A stretch of DNA of 64,000 nucleotides from a virus. Lineage: Duplodnaviria > Caudoviricetes. The stretch spans positions 9,323 through 73,322 of the IMG/VR virus record IMGVR_UViG_2939702853_000005; one strand, 5' to 3'. The position numbers were made by a program, and so were the translations under genes. The notes under the pieces are model-generated. The model saw only the letters and a list, made by a program, of their open reading frames with translations. It was not told the DNA's origin and searched no databases. Positions 1 to 9,633 of the stretch are shown here, piece by piece (position 1 is the stretch's first letter; every line of letters starts with the position of its first letter).

Positions 1-494
1 TAATAAAAGAAATTACTTTCATTAAAAACTAAAAATTTTTCATTAAAAACAAATCCCATCATTTCTATGCCGTATATATTGATTACCTCAGCTACATTAT
101 TTCCTTTTACTCTAACTCTGTAGCTTGTATAAAATTCGTCGGTAGTAATTGTAAACGTCAATTTACCGTTATTCACTTTCCAGTCTGAGACCGAATAATT
201 ACTTTTTGTATCTAATACTACCCATGTAGTTTCATTATTACTGGCTTCAAACACCCAAGAATTAGGAGGAGCATTACTTTCTACACAATAGAGTGAGTAT
301 GCTCCTAATAGTACAGGTTTCGTAAAAGTATAGCATACCCAAGTATTTGTGTCCCTGTAAGTTCCATAGAATGTATTATCATCTCCATCGAAAGCTTTAT
401 ACCCATAATAAACACCGTTGGCAGTTGAATACGTGACTTTACCTTCCGGGGCCGTATTGGATGTCATCTTTGGTATTAAATTAACAAGTTTCAT
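1..494 (-). CDS. Discoidin (F5/8 type C)-like tail fibre/receptor-binding protein, 3' end runs off window
   Basis: Manual translation from ATG at 494 (RBS GAAAGGAG): MKLVNLIPKMTSNTAPEGKV...YKAFDGDD...SWVFEASNNETTWVVLD; open to position 1; same motifs as discoidin domains of the next two genes. Confidence 0.8.
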   Translation of the reverse strand, partial: MKLVNLIPKMTSNTAPEGKVTYSTANGVYYGYKAFDGDDNTFYGTYRDTNTWVCYTFTKPVLLGAYSLYCVESNAPPNSWVFEASNNETTWVVLDTKSNYSVSDWKVNNGKLTFTITTDEFYTSYRVRVKGNNVAEVINIYGIEMMGFVFNEKFLVFNESNFFY

Positions 495-546
495 AAACTC
501 ATCTCCTTTCAAAGTTTAAATAAATCAATCATTTTATTTTGAATGA

Positions 547-1761
547 TTAAGTAATTGTTACTTTTTTAATCAGTATTTTAGATGTATCTAATCTTTGCTT
601 AAAAACTTTTCCCGATCCCATTTCTATACTATTAGTTTTGAGTTTGATTGAATTGTACTTATCTTCTAGATTGACTACATCTCTTTTTTTATATCCATAC
701 TTAATGTAATCACTCTCAATCGGTACTGTATTAATTAAGACAGGAACAGAGCTGTAAAACTGAACCATAGAAATTCCCACCCGATCAGATATCGTTGTTG
801 CTTTTGTTGTCTCTAATTTGTAGTAAATATAGGGATCAGAATTAACTACACCAAAAGATTTAATATTGGCAGTATCAGCCTTTTGATTAGTTCTTTCATC
901 AAGTAGTTTCCAATTTACCCCATCATTTGAACAGAGAAATTTAAAATCTACTAGGCCAGCTATAAACTCATATCTTCTCACAATTGTTGGGGGGTTAAAT
1001 TTGTAGCCTATATATACAGGCGATGTGGCAGTCGGAACAAAACTTGAGATGTATTTGGTCGTATAATCATCATCAAAAGATCGCCAAGCAATGTTATCAT
1101 AATAAGCGGAGGAACTGATAGCAGTTCCATTGGTTCCAGTGTTTGAATTTAATTTTGGAACGAGGGCATTAAAAATAGCTCCACAAGAAACATTGTTCTC
1201 AGGGTCTATTACAACGAATCTATCAGAAAAAGTCATTGTGTAGGGATTAAATCCGTTAGGTGGCGAATATGTAAATGGTACTGCTCCAAAATTAAAGGTA
1301 ACTGTTTTTGTATCTCCATTTCCACCACCAACATGTAAAGGACAAACTTCTCCCATGTTTTGTAGATCGGTATGTGATATACCCATGCTGGTTCCATTTT
1401 TAAAAAACTCTAAAATGTAATTATCTAAGTCTAAAGCAATCCCAATGATATCTCCAATTCTCCAAGCCGCTCCATACAATATGCCTTCGGGATATTTGTA
1501 TCCGTTGCTCCCAGAATAAACTCTTAAAGCTGTGTTTCCTGCTATGGCACTATTCTGTACATAACTATTACTTGCCACACCAATAGAAGACGATGTGTTG
1601 CCGCCATTAAACTTCACTTCCCAATACCATTTTCCCGAACTCTTGCCAACAGTAGCTTTAATACTGAAACCATAAAGATTAGTAAGAGTTAGATTTCCAT
1701 TTGACAAGGTATTGCCAATGCTTAAATTATCGGGATTTAACGTCACCTTAATGGATTCCAT
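547..1761 (-). CDS. SPRY(B30.2)-domain plus discoidin-domain tail fibre protein
   Basis: SPRY motifs (GKSSGKWYWEV, GDIIGIALDLD, FFKNG, TFNFGAVPFTYSPPNGF), then IPKLNSN...WRSFDD...SNDGVNW discoidin. Confidence 0.8.
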   Translation of the reverse strand: MESIKVTLNPDNLSIGNTLSNGNLTLTNLYGFSIKATVGKSSGKWYWEVKFNGGNTSSSIGVASNSYVQNSAIAGNTALRVYSGSNGYKYPEGILYGAAWRIGDIIGIALDLDNYILEFFKNGTSMGISHTDLQNMGEVCPLHVGGGNGDTKTVTFNFGAVPFTYSPPNGFNPYTMTFSDRFVVIDPENNVSCGAIFNALVPKLNSNTGTNGTAISSSAYYDNIAWRSFDDDYTTKYISSFVPTATSPVYIGYKFNPPTIVRRYEFIAGLVDFKFLCSNDGVNWKLLDERTNQKADTANIKSFGVVNSDPYIYYKLETTKATTISDRVGISMVQFYSSVPVLINTVPIESDYIKYGYKKRDVVNLEDKYNSIKLKTNSIEMGSGKVFKQRLDTSKILIKKVTIT

Positions 1762-1774
1762 CTTCAGTCTCCTC

Positions 1775-3229
1775 TCATTCGAATTTAATTGTGTTTACCT
1801 TTTGTTTATTTAGATCGACTCTATGTCTAAATACTTTACCCGAATCTAGGACAGTACTCGAAATCAAACTATTACTGTATCTATTTAAACGAGAGCTAAG
1901 GTTTAATGCATTGTCAAAATTCATTCCATAATTCATAAATGAATTTTCGTTGTTATCTGATATTGAAATTAGACTTGGTATATTTAAGAGTTCGAACATT
2001 TTTAGTTCCCCAACAGTAGTATAGTCTGTAGCTCCGTTATTTGCTGTCCAATTCAATCTATACATATTAAAAGATTTGATGTTATCAATTTCAAATACCT
2101 TGTCAGTTGTAGGAGTTGTCCAGCTCTGTTTTGTTTGTCTGTCTAAGATTTCCCAATTTCCATTAAACCCATCAGTACTATCATTGCTGCCTTCAAATAT
2201 CCAATTTCTAGGTAAACGATTATAACTATTCAGCGTCCCATTTCGAACGGCATATTTAGCAATAATTTTAGGTGTTGTAAATTTATAACCTAAGAATCCA
2301 ACACCGCCCGAACTATAGGTGGCGCAATAACCTTCGAGTTCATCTGTTTGGTTGAATGCAAGGTAGGCTTCATTGACCCCCATCGCACCTTTTGAAAAAG
2401 CCAATCCAGACGTGGCGTTGTTCGTCATTTTAGGAATAATTGTTGTATCGGAAACTTTTTTTGAAGTAGTAGAGAAGAATTTATTGTTTGATGAAAGTAT
2501 TACTTTAATATACTTTAGGGTACCCCAAGCAAATTCACCATTGTATACGCCGTTCGTAGTTGTTTCTGTGGATGGATTATAGTCGCTGTCAAAGGTAGTG
2601 ACTATATTACCAATATCAGAGGTGAAATTATTGGCTATTGCACAATTAATAAAGTCACCAGTTGTTACACGTGCATTCGTGTCCTTGTCTAGAAAGGTGG
2701 GTAGAATGCAACAATTCACGTATTCCAATTTTACAATGGTTGCTCCACTCGAATTACCTGAATACATCAAATAATTAGTAGGAGAATAAGGAGTTTTATC
2801 CCAAACGCAGTTTTGAAAAGATAGATTAAGTGTTGTCCCATCAAACAGGTATTCAAATATTCGTGCGTCTCCAGCACTACTTTGTTTTTGAATAATTAGA
2901 CCAATAATTTTATTTAACTTTTTCATAACTATAGTGCCACCTGAAGTGCCAGTTAGATTTAATATTACTCGTTTAGTTTTATCTCTTAGAGTAATAGCTG
3001 CAATAGTGATATCGTAATTAGTATTAAATATGGATGTAAGCTTAGACTCAGTGTATGTTCCTTCTTTTGCTATATAAATCAAGGTATTATCCATAGTAAC
3101 GGAAGATACTGCTTTTGATATCGTTTTAAATGGAGAATTAGCAGAACCACTATTTGCATCGTTACCTGTCGTGCCATCCACATATAAAACTCTGGAGAAC
3201 GAATCAAGAAATCCACCAAAACTAGGCAT
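1775..3229 (-). CDS. Tail fibre-like protein: beta-helix-type N-terminus plus discoidin domain
   Basis: LYVDGTTGNDANSGSANSPFKTISKAV N-terminal motif; IIPKMTNN...AFNQ...WIFEGSND discoidin; C-terminal SGKVF module. Confidence 0.7.
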   Translation of the reverse strand: MPSFGGFLDSFSRVLYVDGTTGNDANSGSANSPFKTISKAVSSVTMDNTLIYIAKEGTYTESKLTSIFNTNYDITIAAITLRDKTKRVILNLTGTSGGTIVMKKLNKIIGLIIQKQSSAGDARIFEYLFDGTTLNLSFQNCVWDKTPYSPTNYLMYSGNSSGATIVKLEYVNCCILPTFLDKDTNARVTTGDFINCAIANNFTSDIGNIVTTFDSDYNPSTETTTNGVYNGEFAWGTLKYIKVILSSNNKFFSTTSKKVSDTTIIPKMTNNATSGLAFSKGAMGVNEAYLAFNQTDELEGYCATYSSGGVGFLGYKFTTPKIIAKYAVRNGTLNSYNRLPRNWIFEGSNDSTDGFNGNWEILDRQTKQSWTTPTTDKVFEIDNIKSFNMYRLNWTANNGATDYTTVGELKMFELLNIPSLISISDNNENSFMNYGMNFDNALNLSSRLNRYSNSLISSTVLDSGKVFRHRVDLNKQKVNTIKFE

Positions 3230-3258
3230 TTTTTATCACCGTCCTTTGAATAAAATTG

Positions 3259-3516
3259 TTATTTTACTGTAATGCCTGTAATGTCAAAATACTTCTTTAT
3301 GTCAACTGTGGATTTAAATACTTTACCTGAACCCAACACTCCATTGTCACTCATAGATTGATTGATCGTTTTGGCATTTCGACTTAGCACATTTAAATCA
3401 TCCATCCCTTTTGTCGTAAAGGTATCTTTAGTGGGGATAGTTGTAGCAACTGTTTGCCACGTTCCATTTAAAAATGTTTTGTATGTACCCTTATCATTGA
3501 TGAGGTGTTTTTGCAT
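3259..3516 (-). CDS. Small virion protein consisting only of the shared GSGKVF C-terminal module
   Basis: 85 aa with RBS; its C-terminus aligns with those of the two adjacent fibre genes. Confidence 0.7.
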   Translation of the reverse strand: MQKHLINDKGTYKTFLNGTWQTVATTIPTKDTFTTKGMDDLNVLSRNAKTINQSMSDNGVLGSGKVFKSTVDIKKYFDITGITVK

Positions 3517-3525
3517 ATATTCCTC

Positions 3526-4104
3526 CTATTTTTGAACACTAGATAGAGAGTCGATTTTTTTCCAAATAGTTTTATCGATTGTTTTTCTATATAAGCGCCC
3601 ATCTTCTGACCAAGATGAGTCTACGACATAATCAAGAGTATAATTACGTTTCATCTCTAGATAGTCATTAGATGTATTCAAGTATTCATTGTTGTAGCGA
3701 CCATCATTGAATTCATCTACAGTAAAATTTAGATTTTCGGTAGGAGAACTGAATAGTTCAATTTTGATACGTGCATATGTATTTGTAGGCGACTGGATAG
3801 AACCATCGATACCAACTTCCATATAAGGAGACCATTCGATACCATCAATTGAGGATTGCGTATAAATTTTAAATGTTGAAGTTGTGCCGTTAACAATTGT
3901 ATTCTTTACAACTTTCTCAAATGATTTAATCTTATCGGCAATTTGAATCATCTCTGATTGCCAAGATCCAGATGAGGCATAAACTATCTTGCCTGCGTCA
4001 CTTTTTTGCAATTCAACTAGCTGAAGTTTGCCATCTTTATAAATCGTGTTATCGTATTTACCTTTTGATAAATCTATTGGAAATCCTATTTCGGTTATAC
4101 TCAT
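3526..4104 (-). CDS. Phage tail/baseplate-associated protein
   Basis: Co-oriented in tail cluster; GSWQS...SSIDGIEWS...YARIKIEL motif shared with 6977..7615. Confidence 0.6.
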   Translation of the reverse strand: MSITEIGFPIDLSKGKYDNTIYKDGKLQLVELQKSDAGKIVYASSGSWQSEMIQIADKIKSFEKVVKNTIVNGTTSTFKIYTQSSIDGIEWSPYMEVGIDGSIQSPTNTYARIKIELFSSPTENLNFTVDEFNDGRYNNEYLNTSNDYLEMKRNYTLDYVVDSSWSEDGRLYRKTIDKTIWKKIDSLSSVQK

Positions 4105-4719
4105 TTATCTCAGCTCCCAATTTAGATTGTTGCTCATATTTGCTAGTAGGGGAGCATGTACTTCTTCAGATACGAGTCCATTATTACGGATAATTAATTT
4201 TCCGTCCAAATTCTTATCAGAAGTGACCTTGATTTGAAAATATATAGCATCTCGAAAAGGAATGGAGCAGATACATTGAAAATTAATGTTTACGCCTTCT
4301 AATTGCATTTGTTTTTTGTAGCCGATGTTATATTGCTCTACTCGACTAGCGAATCTTCCGTTTTCTTCTCTCGTTAGCAGATTAGCATCGCTTGAAGCGT
4401 CTTTGTATTGAATGATATCGTTATACAGGAAGGTTCGCCCTGTTAGCGGATATTCATTTTCTTCAGTTGCATATGAAATCATAAAACGATGACCATTAAC
4501 ATTGAAGATACCGTTAGCTACATCGAAGTAGATTTGTGATCCTTCGCCAATGTAACCAAAGGCAAGTAATTTATCTTTCTCGATAGAGGCAAATTCATTA
4601 TGTTTGTTGTTGTGTGTGTCGTATTCAAGAAGAGATGTTGAATCCCAGTAGTCAGCCACCCAGATGAACTGTTGAAAGGGAACGGGCGAACGACTGTATT
4701 GCATATTACCTAGAATCAT
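4105..4719 (-). CDS. Hypothetical phage protein (tail cluster)
   Basis: 204-aa ORF, GGAGG RBS, abuts downstream gene. Confidence 0.6.
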   Translation of the reverse strand: MILGNMQYSRSPVPFQQFIWVADYWDSTSLLEYDTHNNKHNEFASIEKDKLLAFGYIGEGSQIYFDVANGIFNVNGHRFMISYATEENEYPLTGRTFLYNDIIQYKDASSDANLLTREENGRFASRVEQYNIGYKKQMQLEGVNINFQCICSIPFRDAIYFQIKVTSDKNLDGKLIIRNNGLVSEEVHAPLLANMSNNLNWELR

Positions 4720-4736
4720 ATGTAACCTCCCTAAAA

Positions 4737-4765
4737 CTAAAATAGACAGGGAGATTATCCCTGCC
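4737..4765 (-). terminator. Probable intrinsic terminator
   Basis: Minus strand GGCAGGGA-TAATC-TCCCTGTC followed by TATTTT. Confidence 0.5.
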
Positions 4766-4794
4766 TCAATGATTCGTTACTTCAATTTAATCTT

Positions 4795-5364
4795 TTACAC
4801 ATATCTGTAAGAAACACGCAGCTTAAAATTCTGTTTGCCGCTTGAAGCATCCAAAGGTACAGCACATTGCAATGTAACAGTTACATAGTTACCTGCTGCA
4901 TCCAATGGTGTACCGTTATTAGCTACACCTAGAATTTCTTTGGCTCCCGGCTTGAATGGAGTATCATAAACTGTACCATCCCAATTTTTCGTTGTGCTTC
5001 CAGTTGTACCGATTGGCTTAGAAGCAATTTTACCAATCTTTGAACTATCTTGATCAAGGTCAGTCTCCTGTAAAGTATCCACTTGAGCATGGAACCAACT
5101 ATTTTTCACTACTTCTACTACATTACCAACTGTATCACCTGTACCACCCGTCACGTCACGAGTGGTTATTGTGCAGTCTTCCATTTTTGCTACGTCTGTT
5201 TTACCTGTGCCTTTTGTGGCATCATATCTGTTGTTCCAAATATTGAAAGTAAAAGGTGAAGATTTAGTATCCGCATCAATAACACCGAAATCTTGTGTAA
5301 TTATTTCAGTTGCATGCGTAGAATTTCTCCATTCAATCACTGGTTGAAGACCCATATGTATCAC
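4795..5364 (-). CDS. Hypothetical virion structural protein (beta-rich)
   Basis: 189-aa ORF in tail operon, 2 nt from upstream gene. Confidence 0.6.
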   Translation of the reverse strand: MIHMGLQPVIEWRNSTHATEIITQDFGVIDADTKSSPFTFNIWNNRYDATKGTGKTDVAKMEDCTITTRDVTGGTGDTVGNVVEVVKNSWFHAQVDTLQETDLDQDSSKIGKIASKPIGTTGSTTKNWDGTVYDTPFKPGAKEILGVANNGTPLDAAGNYVTVTLQCAVPLDASSGKQNFKLRVSYRYV

Positions 5365-5366
5365 TC

Positions 5367-6518
5367 CTAAGTTCTAACTGTTATTGTTACTGTTAAATTC
5401 TGAATATTAATTCCATTCTTAATTGTGTTAACTCTAAAAACGTCTCCTGCGTTTACGGTCTTTGCTTTGACTTCTAATGTCTTGTCATCGAAATGCTTTA
5501 GTGCTTCAAAGTGAATCTTTTTATTTAAGATACTAGTCCAAGTATTTAAATCTCTTGATTTCTCTATGTCTAGTTCTGTTTCTGTATCGCCCTCTACACC
5601 TAAGTAAGCCTTAATTTCTACAATCTCTCCATTGAAAGGGAAGGCTGCTAATCCGAATGGTTCTACAAATACATAAGAATCCTTGCATAGCACAATAACT
5701 CTATCCTGTACTTCTAATGGAATATCATTTACCTTTTCAAGCAATGCTACCGTCATTAGCCCATCTTTATCCTTGCTAACTGGCTGAAGATTGTCTCCAA
5801 ACAGGTCAATTGGTATCCAGCGATTACCATCATAGCGATATCGAATGCCATCTTTTGTAGTTTGAACTGTCCAACCAAGTTCAGGGTGAGGGTAAGTAGC
5901 AGTCAGTTCCTGCATATCTCTGACGTAAGGTTTGAAAGCAAGTCTTGTGGTTTTATATGCATCTATTGCATTGTTAGCTGCATTGTTCGCTAAATCTGCT
6001 GCTTGATTGGCGTTGTCTGCTGCTTTTTCTGCTGTGCTTGTAGCAACTTGAGATTGTCTAATAATTTCTTCGAGTCTACCAATTGCTAATTGAGTGTCGT
6101 TTAGTCGTTGATATGCTTCGTCTACAATATCTTGTAGAGTCTTCACAATGTCTGGATGGCGTTGCACCATAGCATATATACGTGATGCAGGTTGCATAAC
6201 TAAGCCTTTGCCCATGTAGCGACATAGCTTTGTCGTACCTTCTAGCGAGGGATGGACTTGGATTGCTCCAGTCTGATATTGTACAAGAAACTCATTTTCA
6301 TTTATAAATGGTCTGTTTTCAAACACTTGCTGACTAATCTCTGTTAATCCAGCAATGGAAACACCGTGAGCAGAGGAAGGCAGTTCAAACAATGTTATAA
6401 GTCCATTCATAACAGGCAATGAATCAGCACGATTAATAAATGGATCTTCAGGTGTCCCCTTGCGAGTAATCATTATTACGGGATCATTTAACTCTAAGTA
6501 AGTATGTAATTCTGGCAA
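5367..6518 (-). CDS. Baseplate/tail fibre attachment protein with central coiled coil
   Basis: Ala/Asn-rich coiled coil (AEKAADNANQAADLANNAANN), then YPHPELGWTV...YRYDGNRW fibre-type motif. Confidence 0.6.
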   Translation of the reverse strand: MPELHTYLELNDPVIMITRKGTPEDPFINRADSLPVMNGLITLFELPSSAHGVSIAGLTEISQQVFENRPFINENEFLVQYQTGAIQVHPSLEGTTKLCRYMGKGLVMQPASRIYAMVQRHPDIVKTLQDIVDEAYQRLNDTQLAIGRLEEIIRQSQVATSTAEKAADNANQAADLANNAANNAIDAYKTTRLAFKPYVRDMQELTATYPHPELGWTVQTTKDGIRYRYDGNRWIPIDLFGDNLQPVSKDKDGLMTVALLEKVNDIPLEVQDRVIVLCKDSYVFVEPFGLAAFPFNGEIVEIKAYLGVEGDTETELDIEKSRDLNTWTSILNKKIHFEALKHFDDKTLEVKAKTVNAGDVFRVNTIKNGINIQNLTVTITVRT

Positions 6519-6533
6519 TATTTCACCTCCTCA

Positions 6534-6965
6534 CTAGCTTGAAATGTTTAACTTATCATTGCCAGTTTCAATCGTAGTGTCTGTATTTAGCATAGTTTTG
6601 ACAGTAGAACCTATGAGTGCTACAGCTTTACCATTATAAAAAACCTTCTGGCTACCAGTTGCTATCTCACCATTTCCGCTACCTGATGTACCGGGAGAGA
6701 TAGAAGTAATGTGACCTTTTGGTGCTCGTGGAGGAGGGTTAGCTTCCCAACTTTCAGCAGTTTTATCGCCAACTGTTGCTAGGGAAATGCCATTCAAAAA
6801 TATTTTATTGGAACAGACAATTTTACCAATCACATCGGCATTGGTATTGCCAGAACCAGGCGTAGGTCTATGTCTTCTGCCTTCCTCATATACATAATTA
6901 AAGTGTACATAGTCCTTTTTTGTTGATAGCTTTATTTCAGAACCATTCAACGCTACTCCAGCCAT
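6534..6965 (-). CDS. PAAR-like spike-tip protein
   Basis: Repeats KIFLNGISLATVGD and IATGSQKVFYNGKAVALIGS typical of PAAR proteins. Confidence 0.75.
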   Translation of the reverse strand: MAGVALNGSEIKLSTKKDYVHFNYVYEEGRRHRPTPGSGNTNADVIGKIVCSNKIFLNGISLATVGDKTAESWEANPPPRAPKGHITSISPGTSGSGNGEIATGSQKVFYNGKAVALIGSTVKTMLNTDTTIETGNDKLNISS

Positions 6966-6976
6966 ATGACACCTCC

Positions 6977-7615
6977 TTAAATTCTCTTATATTGATACCT
7001 CCATTTGATATCTGCATCTCCATCAACTTTGAACACATTCTTTCCGACAGGTAAACTTAGGTAATTGTCGTTGAAATCTTTATACCGATAAGTTACAGCA
7101 AGCGTGGTCTCAATGTCTTGACGCTCGTTGTTTACATACACCGTTTCACCATCCACAAGTCCAGTAAACCTAAACTGCTCGTTATTACGAGATGTGTTGG
7201 TCATAGTAAAATCACCGCTACCAACTTTAGTGATCCATATTTCAGGCCGGCAAGGGAGATCGCCTTTGTTGTGAAACACAAGTACTGGTTGAAAATGAAG
7301 TGTGGTATTGGGATCAAAGAAGGGGCGAATAGAATAGTCCGTTGTCTGAATAATTACGCGAATACTCAATTTTGTATTGTAGAGAGGAGTATCTTCATTT
7401 ATTTCAGGTATTTCTCCACCGTTAACGCAGTTACGCCATTCAGACCAATTGCGTCCATCGTCTGACTTACGAGACTGAACAACTATCGTTGATCCTTCAG
7501 GTTGTGTCTGATTCCACGATATTTTGCTTAATGCTCCATCGGTTACAACAGGTATAGTGACTGTAGGATATGTATAGATGCCATTTTTATTTGTGAGCGA
7601 ATTCCAAGTAGCCAT
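6977..7615 (-). CDS. Distal tail (Dit) C-terminal-domain-like protein
   Basis: C-half NKGDLPCRPEIWI...GETVYVNNE...FNDNYLSLPVGKNVFKV resembles siphophage Dit C-terminal domain. Confidence 0.65.
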   Translation of the reverse strand: MATWNSLTNKNGIYTYPTVTIPVVTDGALSKISWNQTQPEGSTIVVQSRKSDDGRNWSEWRNCVNGGEIPEINEDTPLYNTKLSIRVIIQTTDYSIRPFFDPNTTLHFQPVLVFHNKGDLPCRPEIWITKVGSGDFTMTNTSRNNEQFRFTGLVDGETVYVNNERQDIETTLAVTYRYKDFNDNYLSLPVGKNVFKVDGDADIKWRYQYKRI

Positions 7616-7617
7616 AG

Positions 7618-8262
7618 TTATTCAATCTTCCCATAGGGTCTAAAGTTAGATGCTACACCAGCTTCTTTCCATTTCAACATCTTATAGCTTACCCAAGAAG
7701 CATTTTTATCGTATGTTGTTTGACCATCTGCCAATCCCCATGTAGGTTCGACGTCACCTGATTCACCAGCTTGGAGACAAACATAAAATCGACCATTGTC
7801 AATAGTGGGTAATACAATATCATCTTTTTTATATTGAGTTGTTGCTTGCCAAGTGTTACTGCCACGAACATCGCCAAATTCTATTCTCACTGATACTGGA
7901 AAGACAGGTTCAGTTAAGCCAGAGTACCCTGACTGGATACATTTATAAATATGTCCATTATCTATAGCAGGAACAATTAAATCGCCATTGGTATATTGTT
8001 TGAGTTTTTGCCACGTTGGGGCGCTAGTACCAGTTCGAGTATTTACCCATCCGATATACTCGCCAGATTTAGGTGTTTTCTTATAAAATCGTTTTGCGAT
8101 GGGATATGTACCAGATAGGGGAAGGGAGTCAACATAGTCATCGCTGTCATCATCTAGTTTTTGAAAATTGTCAGCTAATTCGTTTAATGTATTTTCGATA
8201 TCATCTGTTGCAAAGTTGGGCTTTTTAAGTCCTAGTTTAGTTGTCGTTGTTGACATAGGCAT
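7618..8262 (-). CDS. Short tail fibre with CBM5/12-like carbohydrate-binding repeats
   Basis: N-terminal TTKLGLKKP...DNFQKLD fibre anchor; two repeats WQKLKQYTNGDLIVP..NGHIYKC and WQATTQYKKDDIVLP..NGRFYVC. Confidence 0.7.
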   Translation of the reverse strand: MPMSTTTTKLGLKKPNFATDDIENTLNELADNFQKLDDDSDDYVDSLPLSGTYPIAKRFYKKTPKSGEYIGWVNTRTGTSAPTWQKLKQYTNGDLIVPAIDNGHIYKCIQSGYSGLTEPVFPVSVRIEFGDVRGSNTWQATTQYKKDDIVLPTIDNGRFYVCLQAGESGDVEPTWGLADGQTTYDKNASWVSYKMLKWKEAGVASNFRPYGKIE

Positions 8263-8275
8263 TCTCCTTTCTTAT

Positions 8276-8866
8276 TTAATTTGAAATTTCATACCACTTC
8301 TTCCCACGAAATTCAGTCCACATTGTCTTATTCGGATTCAAGGTAAGTTTGCCATTCTCGATAATAACTTTGTTTCTCTCACCGTTAGTATTGTTTACCT
8401 GTACATCGAATGGCTGGTATCTCCATTGGTAAACTGGTGGATTATAAATAGAAGAGTAAGCGTAGGGAGCATCGCATCGAAAGGTAAGTGTGATATATCC
8501 TTGTCGAGCACAATTGTGGACCAGATTTATATCGTCCACACAAATCGCATAATATATTTTTTCTGGATCATCGGAAAAGAAGAGGGGTTGATAATAAGAT
8601 TGTTCAGTCAGCCACTTAGCGACTTCTCTAATTTTTACGTCATCCCAAGTATCCTCAAAAGCAAAGGATACATTAAACTTTAGCGGCTCTTTTTTTGTTT
8701 GTTGGAAGTATGGCTTGTTCCTGCCTTTGATGGATACTTCGTTAATAGATCGAGAGGCAGCGAAAACTTCTTCTTGCATACCAGACGACATATTAACGTT
8801 TACGATTCCGTAGAAATCGGATTGAATACCAGCATAAGAAAAGTAGAGGGATTCGCGTATTGTCAT
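8276..8866 (-). CDS. Distal tail protein (Dit) N-terminal domain, YomH-like
   Basis: FSYAGIQS..YGIVNV...EVSIKGRNKPYF...YQPLFFSDDPEKIYY...GYITLTFRCDAPYAYS; ATG at 8866 after GGAGGTG. Confidence 0.75.
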   Translation of the reverse strand: MTIRESLYFSYAGIQSDFYGIVNVNMSSGMQEEVFAASRSINEVSIKGRNKPYFQQTKKEPLKFNVSFAFEDTWDDVKIREVAKWLTEQSYYQPLFFSDDPEKIYYAICVDDINLVHNCARQGYITLTFRCDAPYAYSSIYNPPVYQWRYQPFDVQVNNTNGERNKVIIENGKLTLNPNKTMWTEFRGKKWYEISN

Positions 8867-8896
8867 ATTTATCACCTCCATATTAAATTTAGGCAT

Positions 8897-8928
8897 AATA
8901 AAAAAGCCTTATAAATAAAGGCTTTTGA
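8897..8928 (-). terminator. Intrinsic terminator
   Basis: Minus strand AAAAGCCTT-TATTTAT-AAGGCTTTTTT. Confidence 0.55.
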
Positions 8929-9281
8929 TAGGGGAGAGTCTTTATAAAATTGGGATTTTACGGACTGTTCTGGTCTAATAAAAAGATGAGTTATTGAGGG
9001 ATATTTCAAGTTGAAATAAGCCTATCTAATTTCACTTAAATCATCTAAAGTTTTTTGATTTTTTTGCTGGCTTTTTTCAATAGATTTCAGTAAAGTATTT
9101 AGAAACATGTTCCCCATATCTAATAGGCATCTTACCTACAAAACTTTTCATGATTTCCTGTTGTTTTTTTACTCAATCCATTTTGGGATTTTTTGGGATG
9201 AGTTTAGGTTTCATTTCTCCTCTTTCTCGTATTGTAAATACTCCAAAAGGTGTGATAAAATATTGCCAAGAAGTATATACT

Positions 9282-9412
9282 AAAAAAGAGCAGGATGCGC
9301 TAACATCCTAACTCTTTTGGCAACAGCCGCCTTGAAGAGCGGTCGGCAGTGTCTTGGTACAACGAAATAGACCGTTTACCTTTCCACAGGGCGGTCTATT
9401 TCTTTTTGTTTT
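9282..9412 (+). ncRNA. Putative antisense antitoxin RNA of a type I TA locus
   Basis: Convergent with toxin 3' end; plus-strand hairpin GAAATAGACCG...CGGTCTATTTC followed by T-run at about 9364-9412; toxin-side terminator at 9282-9318. Confidence 0.5.
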
Positions 9413-9509
9413 GATTCAATGCAATAACAATTGTGACGATCAATCCGATCAACGCTACGATCAGCGTACCGAACATCATCATTAATGTTAGAGCATCTTT
9501 AACCTCCAC
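9396..9509 (-). CDS. Putative holin-like type I toxin (37 aa)
   Basis: Not in ORF track; GTG start 8 nt after GGAGG; MEVKDALTLMMMFGTLIVALIGLIVTIVIALNQNKKK has a single TM and basic tail; extended -10 TGGTATAAT upstream. Confidence 0.8.
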   Translation of the reverse strand: MEVKDALTLMMMFGTLIVALIGLIVTIVIALNQNKKK

Positions 9510-9633
9510 AGGCATCACCTCCCTTCGGGGAGACTAGCCGACCGCCCATCTAAGCCATTCTGTTGTTAAGAAATATTATACCATATTGATAGATAAGTGA
9601 AAATGATACATAAGGTGCGTTAGTTTTTTGGAA

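Noticed and set aside
8940-9220. Possible decayed small gene on the minus strand (RBS AGAGGAG then ATG AAA CCT...)
   Set aside because: Stops in all frames and no recognisable product; too weak to call a pseudogene
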